The notes under the pieces are model-generated. The model was not told where the DNA came from. It did no database searches and saw nothing but the letters and a program-made list of their open reading frames with translations. This document shows positions 39,216 to 52,280 of a DNA stretch of 64,000 bases, in pieces. Made by a program: the position numbers and the translations under genes. The DNA comes from Octopus vulgaris (lineage: Eukaryota), in contig OX597819.1 of assembly GCA_951406725.2 (NCBI GenBank), forward strand, positions 34,782,001 to 34,846,000. The letters are read 5' to 3'. Position 1 is the stretch's first letter. Each line of letters starts with the position of its first letter.

Positions 39216-40055
39216 TTATATTCTGTTATTCTTTTATATGTTTCAGCCTTGAGGTTGTGGCCATGCTGGATCATGTGTGTGTGTGTGTCTATCTGTCTGT
39301 CTGTCTGTATGTATGTATATATGTATATGTATGTGTGTGAACAATAATATTTTCAACAGATGTGTTGCAAATGTATCTGATTGTTCTCAAGCTTCAATAC
39401 TGTGTGTGTGTATGTGCGTGTGTGTATGTATGTATGTATGTATATGTATGTATGTATGTATATGTATGTATGTATGTGTGTGTGTATGTATGTATGTGTG
39501 TGTGTGTATGTATGTGTGTGTATGTGTGTGTGTGTATGTATGTATGTATGTATGTATGAGTGTATGTTTACTTTATTACTAACACAAGCCACTACGGTTA
39601 TTTAATTGTAAAGTCTTCCTCAAATCACTCTCTCTCTCTCTCTCTCTCTCGCTATTTACTCTCTTCCAAGAACATTTTCACTCACTCTTAGCTCTTAGCT
39701 TCCCATACATTTTACTCATGTATCTATCAGCGACATAGACAGAATACTTTCAGTTTAGTCTTCCTCAAATCATTCTGTCGCTATTTACTTTCATTTTATT
39801 CGTTGCCCACTGTGTGTGTGCGTTTGCGTGTGCTGTAAACCAGACTAAGAAAAGCATTTGACACACACACCAGAATGTGAGTTTTCTGTAAATTTTGCTT
39901 AATTGGAGTTAAAATTTTAAAAACTGGACCTGGCATGACGCGATGCATTGTACTCTGAAAAATGCTAGGTAAATTGTAATTGAAGAAATCCTATATTGTA
40001 GATTTGTATAACTCCCAGAGGGAGGCAGATAAAATCTGCCTTTTATAATAAGAGA

Positions 40056-41126
40056 CTAGCAGTATCGCCCGGCGTTGCTCGGGTTTGTAAGGGAAATAAC
40101 TATATAAGCATTTTTAGAGAGTTATAGCCAAAAAATAGCAAAAAATGCATTAAAAATGGAAAAAATATGATGGTAAATTTTTTTTTAAATCGTTGACTCA
40201 TCGTAGACATTTTTAGAGAGTTACTTCCCTTATATAATAGCGAAAAAATGCATTAAAATGGAAAAAAACGATGGTAAATTTTTTTTTAAATCGTAGACTC
40301 ATGTAGACGCTTTCTTAGCCATTTCTGTTTTGGTGTCTTCAAGCCATGAAGTCGTTGTTCTAAAAGAACACTGGTCTCCTTGACAACGCATTACGACGTT
40401 GATTTCCTTACACTCCCTTCCCCACAGGTGCAGGTGTGAGCGTGGACGCCAACTCCGCCGCCATCGACACACGAAAAATTATGCATTAAAATGGAATAAA
40501 AAATGATGTTAAATTATTTTTAAAATCGTAGACTCATCGTAGACGCGCGTTAATATTCAGACGGGCTCGATATGAATCACGACTATAAGCTACCCGAATT
40601 TGGTTAAACTGTACCGCAAAATGTGGGAGTAGTTAGGAATCTAAATCGAAGGGGACAGACACTCACACAACTACAGTTTTATATATATAGATATACATAG
40701 CGCAGTAGTGGTGAGATATGACAGCAAAGAAAAGCATACATTCACTCTCTGCATGCAATTAGACTCGGAAAGTTCGTGAGGAACCCATTGACCCAATTTG
40801 CTGACTTTTCCGATAGCACACAGGTGTCAATGAATGGTTGAATGACCAAATCCAAGCTTCTCTGCTAGTTCCTCAACAGTTACGATGATATTTTGTTCCA
40901 CCAGGGTTTTCAGGATGTCCTTGTCGAGTTCTACAGATCTTTCAGGATGAGGCTCGTCTTCTAGGCTGTAGTTTATGGCTCGGGATTTCTGGAACCACCA
41001 TTGACACTGCCTTACGCTTATTGTCCAATCCCCATATACTGCATTAATATTTCTTGTACTTTGCACACATTTATATTCTGTTATTCTTTTATATGTTTCA
41101 GCCTTGAGGTTGTGGCCATGCTGGAT

Positions 41127-41157
<31 letters not shown>

Positions 41158-41267
41158 CTATCTGTCTGTCTGTCTGTATGTATATATGTATATGTATGTG
41201 TGTGAACAATAATATTTTCAACAGATGTGTTGCAAATGTATCTGATTGTTCTCAAGCTTCAATACTG

Positions 41268-41304
<37 letters not shown>

Positions 41305-41380
41305 ATGTACGTATGTATGTATATGTATGTATGTATGTATGTGTGTGTATGTATGTATGTGTGTGTGTATGTATGTGTGT

Positions 41381-41430
<50 letters not shown>

Positions 41431-41874
41431 ATGTATGTATGTATGTATGTATGAGTGTATGTTTACTTTATTACTAATTACTCTCTTCCAAGAACATTTT
41501 CACTCACTCTTAGCTCTTAGCTTCCCATACATTTTACTCATATATCTATCAGCGTCATAGACAGAATACTTTCACTTTAGTCTTCCTCAAATCATTGTCG
41601 CTATTTACTTTCATTTTATTCGTTGCCCACTGTGTGTGTGCGTTTGCGTGTGGTGTAAACCAGACTAAGAAAAGCATTTGACACACACACCAGAATGTGA
41701 GTTTTCTGTAAATTTTGCTTAATTGGAGTTTAAATTTTAAAACTGGACCTGGCATGACGCGATGCATTGTACTCTCAAAAATGCCAGGTAAATTGTAATT
41801 GAAGAAATCCTATATTGTAGATTTGTATAACTCCCAAAGGGAGGCAGATAAAATCTGCCTTTTATAATAAGAGA
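40056..41874 (-). mobile_element. Composite Helitron, unit 4
   Basis: CTAG at 40056 abuts the TC of unit 3. Outer 5' end at 41874. Confidence 0.88.
40827..41070 (-). pseudogene. Mariner HTH fragment, duplicate copy
   Basis: Same translation as 38972-39215. Confidence 0.85.
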
Positions 41875-42704
41875 TATATAAAGCTGAAGTTATCTGTGTG
41901 TGTGGCAGGTTTGGTAGCTTTCAACTAATACTATCTCCTCCGAGACCCTGCGGTGCAAGTTGACCAAAATTGAGAGTATGATGGAAGGCTTGCTCTTCAT
42001 TCCATAGAAGAAAAAATTCAAATCGGACCATGTTAAGACCAAAACTTATTTACAACAAAAAGGTGCGTTTTATCAATGAAAATCCCTATTTTTTACGATT
42101 TTTTTACTGCTGTGTCGCCATTTTTCGGTGTATTTCAACCAGAAAAAGCGCGATCTGCATGCTGTTACTATCTACGATGTTCAAGTCGAACCTTCAATGG
42201 ATATGTTTTGATTTTACAGATTTTTTTTAGTTATACGTGTTGTAAAAATAGTCGATTTTATTCATTTTACAGGTACAACCACGATTCATGTTGCCCACCC
42301 GTTTGGCTTCAAAATAACATTTTTTTGTTTTTTTTTGTAACCACAAACTGTTCTTACTAACGTTTTGGATTTTCCTGTACTTTTTCTTAATGAATACTGT
42401 TGCAGTGTTAACTGCTTAATAGATTTTCAGTGCAGTTCGAAACTTGAGCTTCATTTTGCTTTAAATCTACGGGTTTTTTTTTCTTCTCCATAATGTTAAT
42501 AGAAGGAATATTAACCAAGAATACCAACAATTGAAGTCGGCATTACACATTTGCAGCACATTCAGAGCAAACTCGAGCATCGCCACAGTATACTTTTATT
42601 CATAGATTGAAACTATGTCAAAACTTTGTTAACGCGACATCAAAGTCTGCCGTTTAAAGCGCAACTAAACAACAAACCCGAGCAACGCCGGGCTATACTA
42701 CTAG
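41875..42704 (+). mobile_element. Non-autonomous Helitron, head-to-head with unit 4
   Basis: 5' part homologous to the 29130 element. 3' end CCCGAGCAACGCCGGG-CTATACTA-CTAG|T. Confidence 0.85.
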
Positions 42705-43763
42705 TAAATATATATATGTGTGTGTGTGTATAAAGAGCACTGAATCTAATTTACCAAATGTATTCTCTCGCTCAATTTGGTTTTTGGTTTTCTAACCAAA
42801 TGTTCCTATGTAACAAGATTTGAAATAAATTTCATCATAAGCTTTAACACGCAACAGTAAAGTATTCGGTCGAGTGAAGTTTATACTAAATTTTCTTGGG
42901 GTTAAAAGGTTGGGTGTCATTTCTTTCCACGAATATGATACCAATGTATCACAGGTGCCAGCTAGCAATATACTACTGTAATCTATCCAAACAACTGTCC
43001 CTTGTCCTCTGAATGTCTGGCCTTATTTTATTATTCATGTAATACATCACCGCCACTGTCACCGACGTCGTTGTTGTTGCGTGTCATTTCCTCAAGTGCT
43101 GGGCTTTAGATTCCAATTGTACAGCATTCCTAAGCGATAATTCTGTTGATTCTCTCTATAGGTTTCTATTTAACCGTAGATGGCCAGATATTTTTCTTTC
43201 ATTTGGGGAAGGAGCTGTATTTATTTTCTCTGCTAGAAATAAAATAATCAGAAAATAAAACAATTTCTGAAAAGAAATTTTATACATGTGTGAACCTTAT
43301 ATAAAACAACTGTCTGTATATGGGATATGAGAGATATTACTTTCAACAAACTCCGAAGTTAATATACTACATATTGAATCTGCTGTAGCTGTGTGCTTAC
43401 AAAAGGAACTAAAGTAGAAAACTTATTATGCAGGTATTATAAATTTTCGTTATATAAAAACATCAAAATTTATTATATTCAAATTTACTGTTGAAAATGT
43501 ACGCCTGCTTCCAGACAGGATTGCTGACTGGCATGCTTTTGACACCTAAATTAATTGTCAAGTGGTGAAAAGGAAAGATTATATAGTCACAACTGGAATG
43601 TCTTTGATACGTCACTTCAATATGGCTGACTTAAAATAACGACAACAAACATCACAGCTACACATTAAGAACCAACAATAGAGCTTCTACAAGGCCACTC
43701 AGCTAAAGATAGCAGCCAACTTTTCTCTCCAGAAAGACTGATAGAGTAAAATTTTTTAAACAC

Positions 43764-43985
43764 TGCCAGAAACGTTAGCACGCCGGGCGAAATGCGTAGC
43801 CGTATTTCGTCTGCCGCAACGTTCTGAGTTCAAATTCCGCCGAGGTCGACTTTGCCTTTCATCCATTCGGAGTCGATAAATTAAGTACCAGTTACGCACT
43901 GGGGTCGATGTAATCGACTTAATCCCTTTGTCTGTCCTTGTTTGTCCACTCTGTGTTTAGTCCCTTGTGGGTAGTAAAGAAATAG
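43764..43985 (+). mobile_element. SINE family D
   Basis: Close match to 18499-18730. Confidence 0.88.
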
Positions 43986-44207
43986 GTATTTTGTCTGCCG
44001 AGGACAAAACAACGCTCACATACACTTTGGTTTTCTTCCACAATTAATAGTGAGAGGTAAATTTTATTGCATATTAGTACACACAAAATCTGGTTACAAT
44101 AAGGCATAAATTCACACCCGTAGGATATGATAAATGCGAAATAAATTTACACTGTAGTTACATTAAATTGGTTTACTGAATTTTATCTTCTTTTTTTTTT
44201 ATAATAC

Positions 44208-45295
44208 TGTTATGGGTTTGGCTAGTGCAGTATTTCTTGACCCACTTTGTGAATGTTTGGCTCCGGCACGTCTGGAAGAAAAGCAACAGTCCTTTGTTTA
44301 CTGGGAGATTAATGGGTTTTTGGAGGGACCTTTTGGCCTTGTGCGGTCGATTGGGGTTCGGAGAGATGTGAGGAAGAAGAATCTAGCAGTAGTGAGAGAG
44401 ATAGGCAGTAGGGCTGAGAGCAGATAGAGAGGATATTAGCAATGAGAGAGGATGAGGGGCAGAGGAGGACAGGCAGAGAGTATGAGAGAGCGACAGCAGC
44501 AGGCGATAAAGATAGGGACTTGGGACCAGGGCAGATAGAGAGGGTATAAGCAGTAGAGACGGATGGAGATGAGGGTAGTGGAGAGGGAGAGAGCAAGTGA
44601 GGTTTTGGGGCAGTTGGTAGTCGGTCGTCAAAGAGACAGTCGGATTCTGGAAGTCAAAGGGAGTAGTTGGAACCTTAGGAGCAAGCGGCTGGATTCAGGA
44701 GCTTGGCAAGCTGGAGTTAGCAGTATTGAGAGAGAGAGATGAGGTGCAATATGGGACACTGGCGATTCAATTGGGAATTAAGGTATTTGATTATGTATTG
44801 ATACGTGTTACGATGTAAAAGAAAAGAAGAGAAAGAAGAGAGAAAAAGAAGGACTATGATGTAGACGATAATGAACTTTGAATTGTAACGTGAATCGTTG
44901 TGATACGAACATTGTATAATGTATCGAAGTGTTCTGATTGGACTGTGACGTATCGTGAACATTATTTGATCTGAACTTGTTTGTCTATGAACACTGTTAT
45001 ATTGTTACATGCATGTTTAAATGCTTTGATCTGTTGTATGATGTATTGATTTGTTGTTTCCCTTAAATGCGTTGATGTATCTTGATGTTGTAACAATTGA
45101 TTGTCATATAAACTGTTGTTAAATGTAAGCCAGTAGTTGTTGCCAGTTGTGCCTTGCCTCATTGCATCTCTCTCGATTGCCTCTGGGCTGCTGCTGTTGT
45201 TGTTGTTGTGTATATCTCCTCTCTCTCCTCTCTCCGACGAGTTTCCGTAGCTTATTCGCTGCATCGAACGGGCCTGTGTGAGGATTTCCGTAACA
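44208..45295 (+). mobile_element. 5' LTR of an LTR retrotransposon
   Basis: Inverted termini TGTTATGG...CCGTAACA, followed by GGAGGTCCCACC (45305-45316), complementary to the 3' end of tRNA-Gln. There is no matching TSD, as expected for a 5' LTR. Confidence 0.7.
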
Positions 45296-45339
45296 GTTCG
45301 AATCGGAGGTCCCACCCCTCGTAATAATAGCTCCAAAGA

Positions 45340-47095
45340 AGAAAATGAGAAAATATTTAAATTTCGGTTTTACTGTGATAAAGTCTGGCGGAAAAAAGAA
45401 ACCACAGTGTGTTTTGAGCTACGAGGTTTTGGCGTCTACTTCACTAAAGACCAGTAAGTTAAAGGGAGCACTTCGAAGTGCGGTATCCCAGTTCAGTATA
45501 TAGAGACGTCGACTTCTTCAGACGCGAAACCGACAGATTGACGAAATCCAGACTTGATCACACAGGAATGTTTTTGCTGGACATTGCGGCTGGTTTCAAA
45601 GCATCCTACAAGAGTTCAAGGAAAATAGCTGTTGCCAAAATGCCCAACAGTATCAGTTGATACTGCCTTGCTGCAAAGATATCATATTGAATATGCTGGG
45701 AAGTTCTGAGCTTCAGAAGCTGAAGCATGTCTCTCTTTCTCTCAAACGATGTTGTTAGTAGGCGAATAACTAATCTGTCTGATAACATTCTGTTGCAAGT
45801 TGTCACGAAGATTCACAATTCGCCTTTTAACTTTTTCGTTATCCAGCTTGTTGAAACTTAGCCCAACTTTGTGTTTATGTACATTTATGTACATAACAAT
45901 AATCTGGAAGGCGAATTCCTGTTTTGCGAAATCCTCAGCACCAAAACAAATGCAAGGGAAATATTTTACCAAGTGAACAAATTTTTTGAGGCGCATGATA
46001 TCAACTGGTAGCATGTCATTGGCGTGTGAAGAGACGGCGCTCTGGCGATGCTTGGCTGCCGTACTGGTTCTCAGACTTTGATGAACGAAAAGTCCCCAGG
46101 TGCTATCGGTATACACTGTACAATTCATCGACAAGCACTAATGGTGTAAACCATGCCTGATGAGTTGAAAAAATCTTCTGAATTACATGATTACAATGAC
46201 GAACTTCATCAAAGAGAACGCACTCAACTTCCGTCTGTTTGTCGAGTTTTGCAAAGAAAATGATACTGAATTCAAAATGCTTGTTTCACTCACAAGTGAG
46301 ATGGCTTTCGACAGAAAAAACGATAAAGAGGGTTTTCCTTCTATGAAAAGAAGTCCATGATTTTTTACGAGATGCCAAGCCTAATTTGCAAGCCAACTTC
46401 TCCGATGTTCGTTTTCTGATCTGCTTGGCATTTTTGGTGGACATATTCGAGTTAGTGAATACCGTCAATCTTTCACTGCAAGGGAAAGATATAACCATGC
46501 TTCATTCTCATGAAAAACTAACTGCTTTCAAAATGAAGCTTGAACTGTGGCACCCAAAGCTGGATAGAAAGAACTTTGCATCATTTCCTCTACTAAACAT
46601 GTTTATTGATGAAAACGAGCTTCAAGTCGATGATGATATCGTTGAACTTATGAAGCAACACGTGTCAATACCTGGCAGAGAAATATCTTTTTATTTTCCT
46701 GATCTTCATAACTTTGACAAATACAGCCGTTTTATCAGGAACCCCTTTGTACTCTCTGTTAGCGATCTGCCTACAGAAGACAATTTAATTCAAGAGCAGT
46801 TCATTGATTTGGTCGATAATGGAGGTGCAATTTTTTTTTCCGTAAAATGTACTGTTCTGACTTTTGGATTGAAATGGCACGATCATATCCTGATGTCGCA
46901 AAGATGGCTCTTAAAGTACTGATGCCATTTCCATCCACCTATGAGTGTGAGACGCGTTTTCCACCCTCCTTGCCATCAAAATGAAGTCACGAAATCGACT
47001 TGTTGTCACACCAAAAATGAGGGTTTCCCTCTCGAAAACAGAGCCGAAAACAGAAGAGCTGGATACTTGCAAAGCAGGTACATCCGTCACACTGA
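45340..47095 (+). pseudogene. hAT transposase, Buster/Charlie (ZBED5/SCAND3-like), degraded
   Basis: KPQCVL..VLA..SLK.SKLK, SLSNDVV.RRI, HC.IHRQAL, SQVRWLS, LAFLVDIFE.VN.VNLSLQGK, LMPFPSTYECE..F, ending QVHPSH*. Many frameshifts. Confidence 0.88.
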
Positions 47096-47789
47096 ACTTT
47101 GCTATAGATAGATGTTCTGCTTTTGTGAATAAATAATTTCTTATGTAGTTTTGTTTTTAATGTCATGTTGTGTCAGGGATTCAGGAAAAGGGGGATTTGG
47201 GTGAGGAGGAGAAGACGGTGTTTTTACTAAAATTGTGGTTTCCGTGCATACTAGTGGCCAACTGGCAGAAACTTCTGCATATTTGGGGATGCTATTACAA
47301 TTCTTCTGCTAAAAATATCTAAATTGGTTGAAAGGCACCTCATGGACATCAATATGAGGAATGACCTGCCAATGGGGAGGAAGAGCACTCCCGAACATGG
47401 CAAAAGGGAAGGGTGATGCTAAAAGCTCGAGAACCACAGTAATTTTAGGTGTATGACCTGCGGTTTCTTTCTTCCATATGGGTATAAATAGGTCTTACGC
47501 AGTTGTTAATACAGGATGCTCGGTATATTTTCGGACTGTTTTCGTTTCTCATTTGTTTTGTAACTAATTGATCAGTTGATTCCCCATATTGTCATATGCA
47601 TTTATTGTACTCAAATGGACTATTGCGTAGATTAAGTTGTGGTTTTCGGGGTTGCGGGTTTGTGGGCAGTGCGGTTCATAGTCCGGAAAATACGAATGTA
47701 TGTCATATTTTTTTTCCATGTTAATTATCCTGCATTTTATAGGGGACCGTGAATCATCGAAAAAATTGTAATGGGACCGGCACTTAAAA

Positions 47790-47823
47790 CATTTTTAAAA
47801 GTTTGAGAACCACTGGTTTAGAT
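47790..47823. mobile_element. Right terminus of the Charlie-type hAT
   Basis: AAAAGTTTGAGAACCACTG (to 47815), then GTTTAGAT, which fits the NTCTAGAN-like target preference of Charlie elements. Confidence 0.65.
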
Positions 47824-47944
47824 AGTCGTTGCTGATGAGAGTTTTTCGAGGCCGGAGTGCAAATCCTACTTCAAAGAAAACGTTGGGTCTATTCTTTGAC
47901 ATGCCCGTCTCCACAGAGCACGTTTTCAAAGAAGTTAAAAAAAT

Positions 47945-48157
47945 TTTCAAACTTTGGCACCTGGACGGCAATTTTGAGAGGAGGGGGAAGTCGATTACAT
48001 CGCCACCACTGCTAAATTAGTACTTATTTTATCGGCCTTTTAGGGATGAAAGGCAAAGTTAACTTCAGTGACATATAAACTCAGAACGTAGAGAGCCGGA
48101 AAATATCGATATGCATTTAGTACGGCGCGGTACCGATCCTGTTAGCTTGCCGCCTTA
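47945..48157 (-). mobile_element. SINE family D variant, old
   Basis: AAGTCGATTACATCG...TACTTATTTTATCG...GGATGAAAGGCAAAGT. Confidence 0.7.
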
Positions 48158-49114
48158 ACTGTAGTTATAAATTAATTATATATATACAGCGGGAATTTAC
48201 GTTTCCGAAGTCAGTTGCCACTTACAATCATTTCTTAATTAGGTACATGGTCATAATTTCTTTAACGATAGCTTGGATAACGCTACGTGATATTAATACA
48301 ATTGTTGAAGATAATAGCGAAAAGTGACAGAAATTGATTGCCTTCTGGAATCCAGTCGGCTCCAGGCCTTAATCCTTGCTTTATCACTCGTAATTATGAG
48401 ACTGCACGTAGTGCCCACATGTATATGTACGTGTATATACGAATGCATGCATCTATATGTTTTAATCATTAGTTTTGTTATTTGCTTGAAGCAGTCCCAT
48501 CTCTGCCTAGTGACAAGGTTGTAAAGATGAGACAACAAACGAGAGTCTTATTCACTCTGTCTTGTTTATACAACCATTTGAATTATCGTAAAAGTCAAGT
48601 CCTTTTGGACATTACTGTCCTGAATCTTAGTGTCTAAGTGGCCGAAATCACAACATCTTCCCCACCCACCCCACCTCACTCTTAAATGGGACGCCAGACG
48701 TCACAGGATTACTAATCTACTGCTGGGTGTACTGGAGCAACGTGAAATTAAGTGTTTTGCTCAAGAACAAAACACACCGCCCGGTCTATGAATCGCAACC
48801 ATGTTACTGAGTACAACACCCGAAATATCAGATCCCACGCCTTCGCACATTAAATTATAACATCTTGTAGATTTTAGTGTATTCCACATATGAGAATCTT
48901 CTCGGCGCATAAATTATGGTGTTTGTTTTATGTAGGTTCCGGCCCGGGATACATGAAAAACAAAGTTAACCTTGGCGGGATTTGAGCTCAGAGGTAAAGA
49001 AAGAGACGGAATTAAATGCCAGATAACTTTCCATTCGTCATTCTGTCGATTCTGTCAACAATCGTTGTTACTCCGAAAATGATTACTATAAACCTAAACG
49101 AGTATTTTATGTAT

Positions 49115-49445
49115 TTCGATTCCCAGACCGGGTGTTGTGAGTGTTTATTGAGCGAAAACACCTAAAAGCTCCCCGAGGCTCCGGCAGGGGATGGTGGTGA
49201 TCCCTGCTGTACTATTTCACCACAACTTTCTCTCACTCTTACTTCCTGTTTCTGTTGTACCTGTATTTCAAAGGGCCGGCCTTGTCACTCTCTGTGTCAC
49301 GCTGAATGTCCCCGAGAACTACGTTAGGGGTGCACGTGTCTGTGGAGTGCTCAGCCACTTACACGTTAATTTCACGAGCGGGCTGTTCCGTTGATTCTGA
49401 TCAACCGGAACCCTCGTCGTCGTAACCGACGGAGTGCTTCCATCC
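49115..49445 (+). mobile_element. SINE family B, 5'-truncated
   Basis: Near-identical to the reverse complement of 17251-17575. Confidence 0.88.
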
Positions 49446-49674
49446 ATTTTATGTAATCGATTTGTAAACTCGTTGTCAGTGATCCTTAGATATATTCTTC
49501 GCCATCTCGTATATGACTACTGACGTCCATTGCACAGCATTATACATATTTAGGGATCCCAGATAAGAATATCAATTCCACTTGATGTAGTTTATTGTCC
49601 TTGGTTCTACCAATATTCTCTTGATCCATTGGTCTCAATACATTCATATTTTGGTGGGTATTTTTCTATCCCTC

Positions 49675-50068
49675 ACTTGTTTCAATCACTGCACTGTGAC
49701 CATGCTGGATCACCACCATGAAGGGTTTAAGTCGAAAAAAATCGATCTCATTATTTGTTTTATTTCTAAGTCTGGTACTCATTCTACCGTTGCCTTTTTC
49801 CGGGCTTTTAAGTTACAGGGATGTAAACAAGCCAACACCGGTTGTCAAGCAATGAGGAAGACAAACACAAACACACACACATCACATGTGCGTGTGCGTG
49901 TGCGTGCGTGCATGTGTGCGTGCGTGTGTGTGCGTGCGTGAGTGCGTGTGCGTATGTGTGTGTGTGTGTACTTCGGGATTCCACACACTATCAGTCCACC
50001 AAATTCAGTTGCGCAACTGAACCCGAAACCACGTGGTTGCAAAGACAGCTTCTTAACCACACACAGCC
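49675..50068 (-). mobile_element. SINE family A, diverged
   Basis: ACTTGTTTCA.TCA...CCATGCTGGA...GGTTGTCAAGC...CTTCTTAACCACACACAGCC. Confidence 0.7.
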
Positions 50069-50291
50069 GTGTTGTCTTTCTTTCTTGTTTTATTCCATAT
50101 TGCATTAACTACCACATCCTAGAGAAGCCAGTACCTCGAGGACATTCTCTCAAAGCTGGAAATGATCTAGTAAAATTTCTTCAGTTTTGATTTTGCATAA
50201 TCGATATTTATTATCAGTTGGAAGTTTTTACGTCTTATTCACAAAAGTATTTGGTGGGATAGCTTGTTCTTGAATCTAATGTAAAATATTT

Positions 50292-50493
50292 GTTCCAAAT
50301 TTTGGTACAAGGCCAACGAGTTCGTTGGAAGGGCGTAAGTCGATTACATCAACCCCAGTCCTCAACTGATATCTATTTTATCGACCACGAAAGGATGAAA
50401 AGCAAAGTTGACCTCGGTGGTATTTGAACTCAGAACGTAAAGACGGACGAAATGCTGTTAAGCCTGCAAATGATTCTGCCAGCTCGACACCTT
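50292..50493 (-). mobile_element. SINE family D variant
   Basis: GGATGAAAAGCAAAGTTGACCTCGG...TTTGAACTCAGAACGTAA...TTCTGCCAGCTCG. Confidence 0.78.
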
Positions 50494-50963
50494 GTTTAAT
50501 GTAAAATACTGAGGTAAAATCTAAACTTCAGGATGAAATATTCTAAATATACAATTCTTGCAGGTAAGAACAAAGCTTCTAAACTGGATTGGGAATTTCG
50601 AAGTAATATTTTGGTCCAAAGGTTGAACGTCTTTCATGAATACAGAAGATGAGTTCTACGGGTAGCTTTGACTTTTTCTGTTCAAAAGGTATTTTAACCC
50701 AATATTTACATTCTATTATTTATAAGTTTATCAAGGCAGTGAACCGATAGAATAGTTAGCGAGTCGGACAAAATGCTTAGTAGCATTTGTTCCGACACTT
50801 TACGTTCTCTTTTCAAATCCCGCCGAGGTCAACTTTGGTAGAAAAAAAACTTCCTTTATTCTGTTTTTTTTTTTTTTTCAACAACCAATGACCAACTTTC
50901 TTTCTGAATAGGTTTTTTTTCTTCTTTTTATTTTGTTGTTATGTTATCATTTATTTTTTATCG

Positions 50964-51179
50964 TTTACTTGCTTCATGGACTGCGGCCATGCTGAAGCAC
51001 CGCCTTGAAGAGTTTTAGTTGAACAAATCAACCCAGTACTTAGTTTAAGTTTGTCATTTATTCAATCGGTCTACAGCTAAGTTACGGGGCCATAAAAAAA
51101 CCAGCATCGGTTATCAAGCGGTGAGGGGGGGAGAAACACAACGACACACACACACACACATAGATATAAACACATACAT

Positions 51180-51224
<45 letters not shown>

Positions 51225-51335
51225 GCGGGCTTCCTAGTTCACTCAAGGCTTTGGCGGCGGGAGCTATAGTAGAATACTCTTGTCCACGCAGTGATACTGA
51301 ATCCAGAAACGTGGTTGGGATGCAATCTTCTTACC
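50964..51335 (-). mobile_element. SINE family A, diverged
   Basis: TTTACTTG...GCGGCCATGCTG.AGCACCGCCTT...GCTAAGTTACGGGG. Confidence 0.7.
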
Positions 51336-51399
51336 GTAAGTCACGTATTAGATGTAGAACTTAAAAATGTTCGTAGGTGAGAGACATGTAACGATGTTT

Positions 51400-51657
51400 A
51401 CCACGGACTCTTCTGAAGTTCGTTATCCATCGTTACGATATCATCTTCGTTTGATGTTTGTAAACTTAAACCAGATACTCCTTAAGCTTTTTTGCTCTCC
51501 TGAAGATGTTATTTCAGGATTTCAATTCGAGCCTCGTATTGTATTACAACATTTTAAGGTCCCGTTCTCCCTACTTGCGTGGAAAGAATGCTCTCTCTAC
51601 ATCTCCATTGATGTTAAAGTTTTCTGCAATGATCAGCAGTTTCTGGGGTTTGCTGGT
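51400..51657 (-). pseudogene. Non-LTR retrotransposon RT thumb fragment (R4/Dong-like)
   Basis: Minus strand reads RKLLIIAENFNINGDVERAFFPRK*GERDLK...YEARI, resembling RKLL..G.FH..SDVDRLY.PR..GGRGL. Confidence 0.5.
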
Positions 51658-52226
51658 ATGTATTTTGCATGCATACATGTATGCATGTATACATGTGTGT
51701 ATACATGAATGTATTCATGTATCTATGTAGGTAAATAGGTAGTTAGATATGTATGTAGGTAGATAGGTATTTATGTATGTATGTACGTACGTATGTAGAT
51801 AAGTGTATGTGGGTATACAGATATGTATGTATGCAGGTGTGTATGCATGTAGGTAAGGAGGTATGTATGTATGTATGTATGTATGTATGTATGTAGAGAG
51901 GTAGGTAGGCAGGCAGGCAGGCAGGCAGGTAGGTAAGTAGGTAGGTAAGTAGGTAGGTAGGTAGGTAGGTAGGTAGGTAAGAAGGCAAGCAGGTAGGTAG
52001 GTTTGAAGATAGGCGTGTATATATTTATGTAACTATGCTGGTATGTGTGCGTGTGTGTGTGTGTCTGTGTATGTGTGTGTGTATGGATATCAGAGGATAT
52101 GTGAGTAGAAAAGCACGCAAATACATAGGTAGGTATTTAGGTATGCATGTATCTATGATTGGATGTTTGCACGTGTATATATGTGTGTGTGTGTGTGTGT
52201 GTACAGAGAGAGAGAGAGATGTATAT

Positions 52227-52280
<54 letters not shown>

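Larger units (their letters stand above)
38028..40055 (-). mobile_element. Composite Helitron, unit 3
   Basis: 3' CTAG at 38028, outer 5' end at 40055. Near-duplicate of unit 4. Confidence 0.88.

Noticed and set aside
46386-46922. Domesticated ZBED/SCAND3-like gene
   Set aside because: The surrounding frame is broken by many stops and frameshifts, and a transposon terminus remains.
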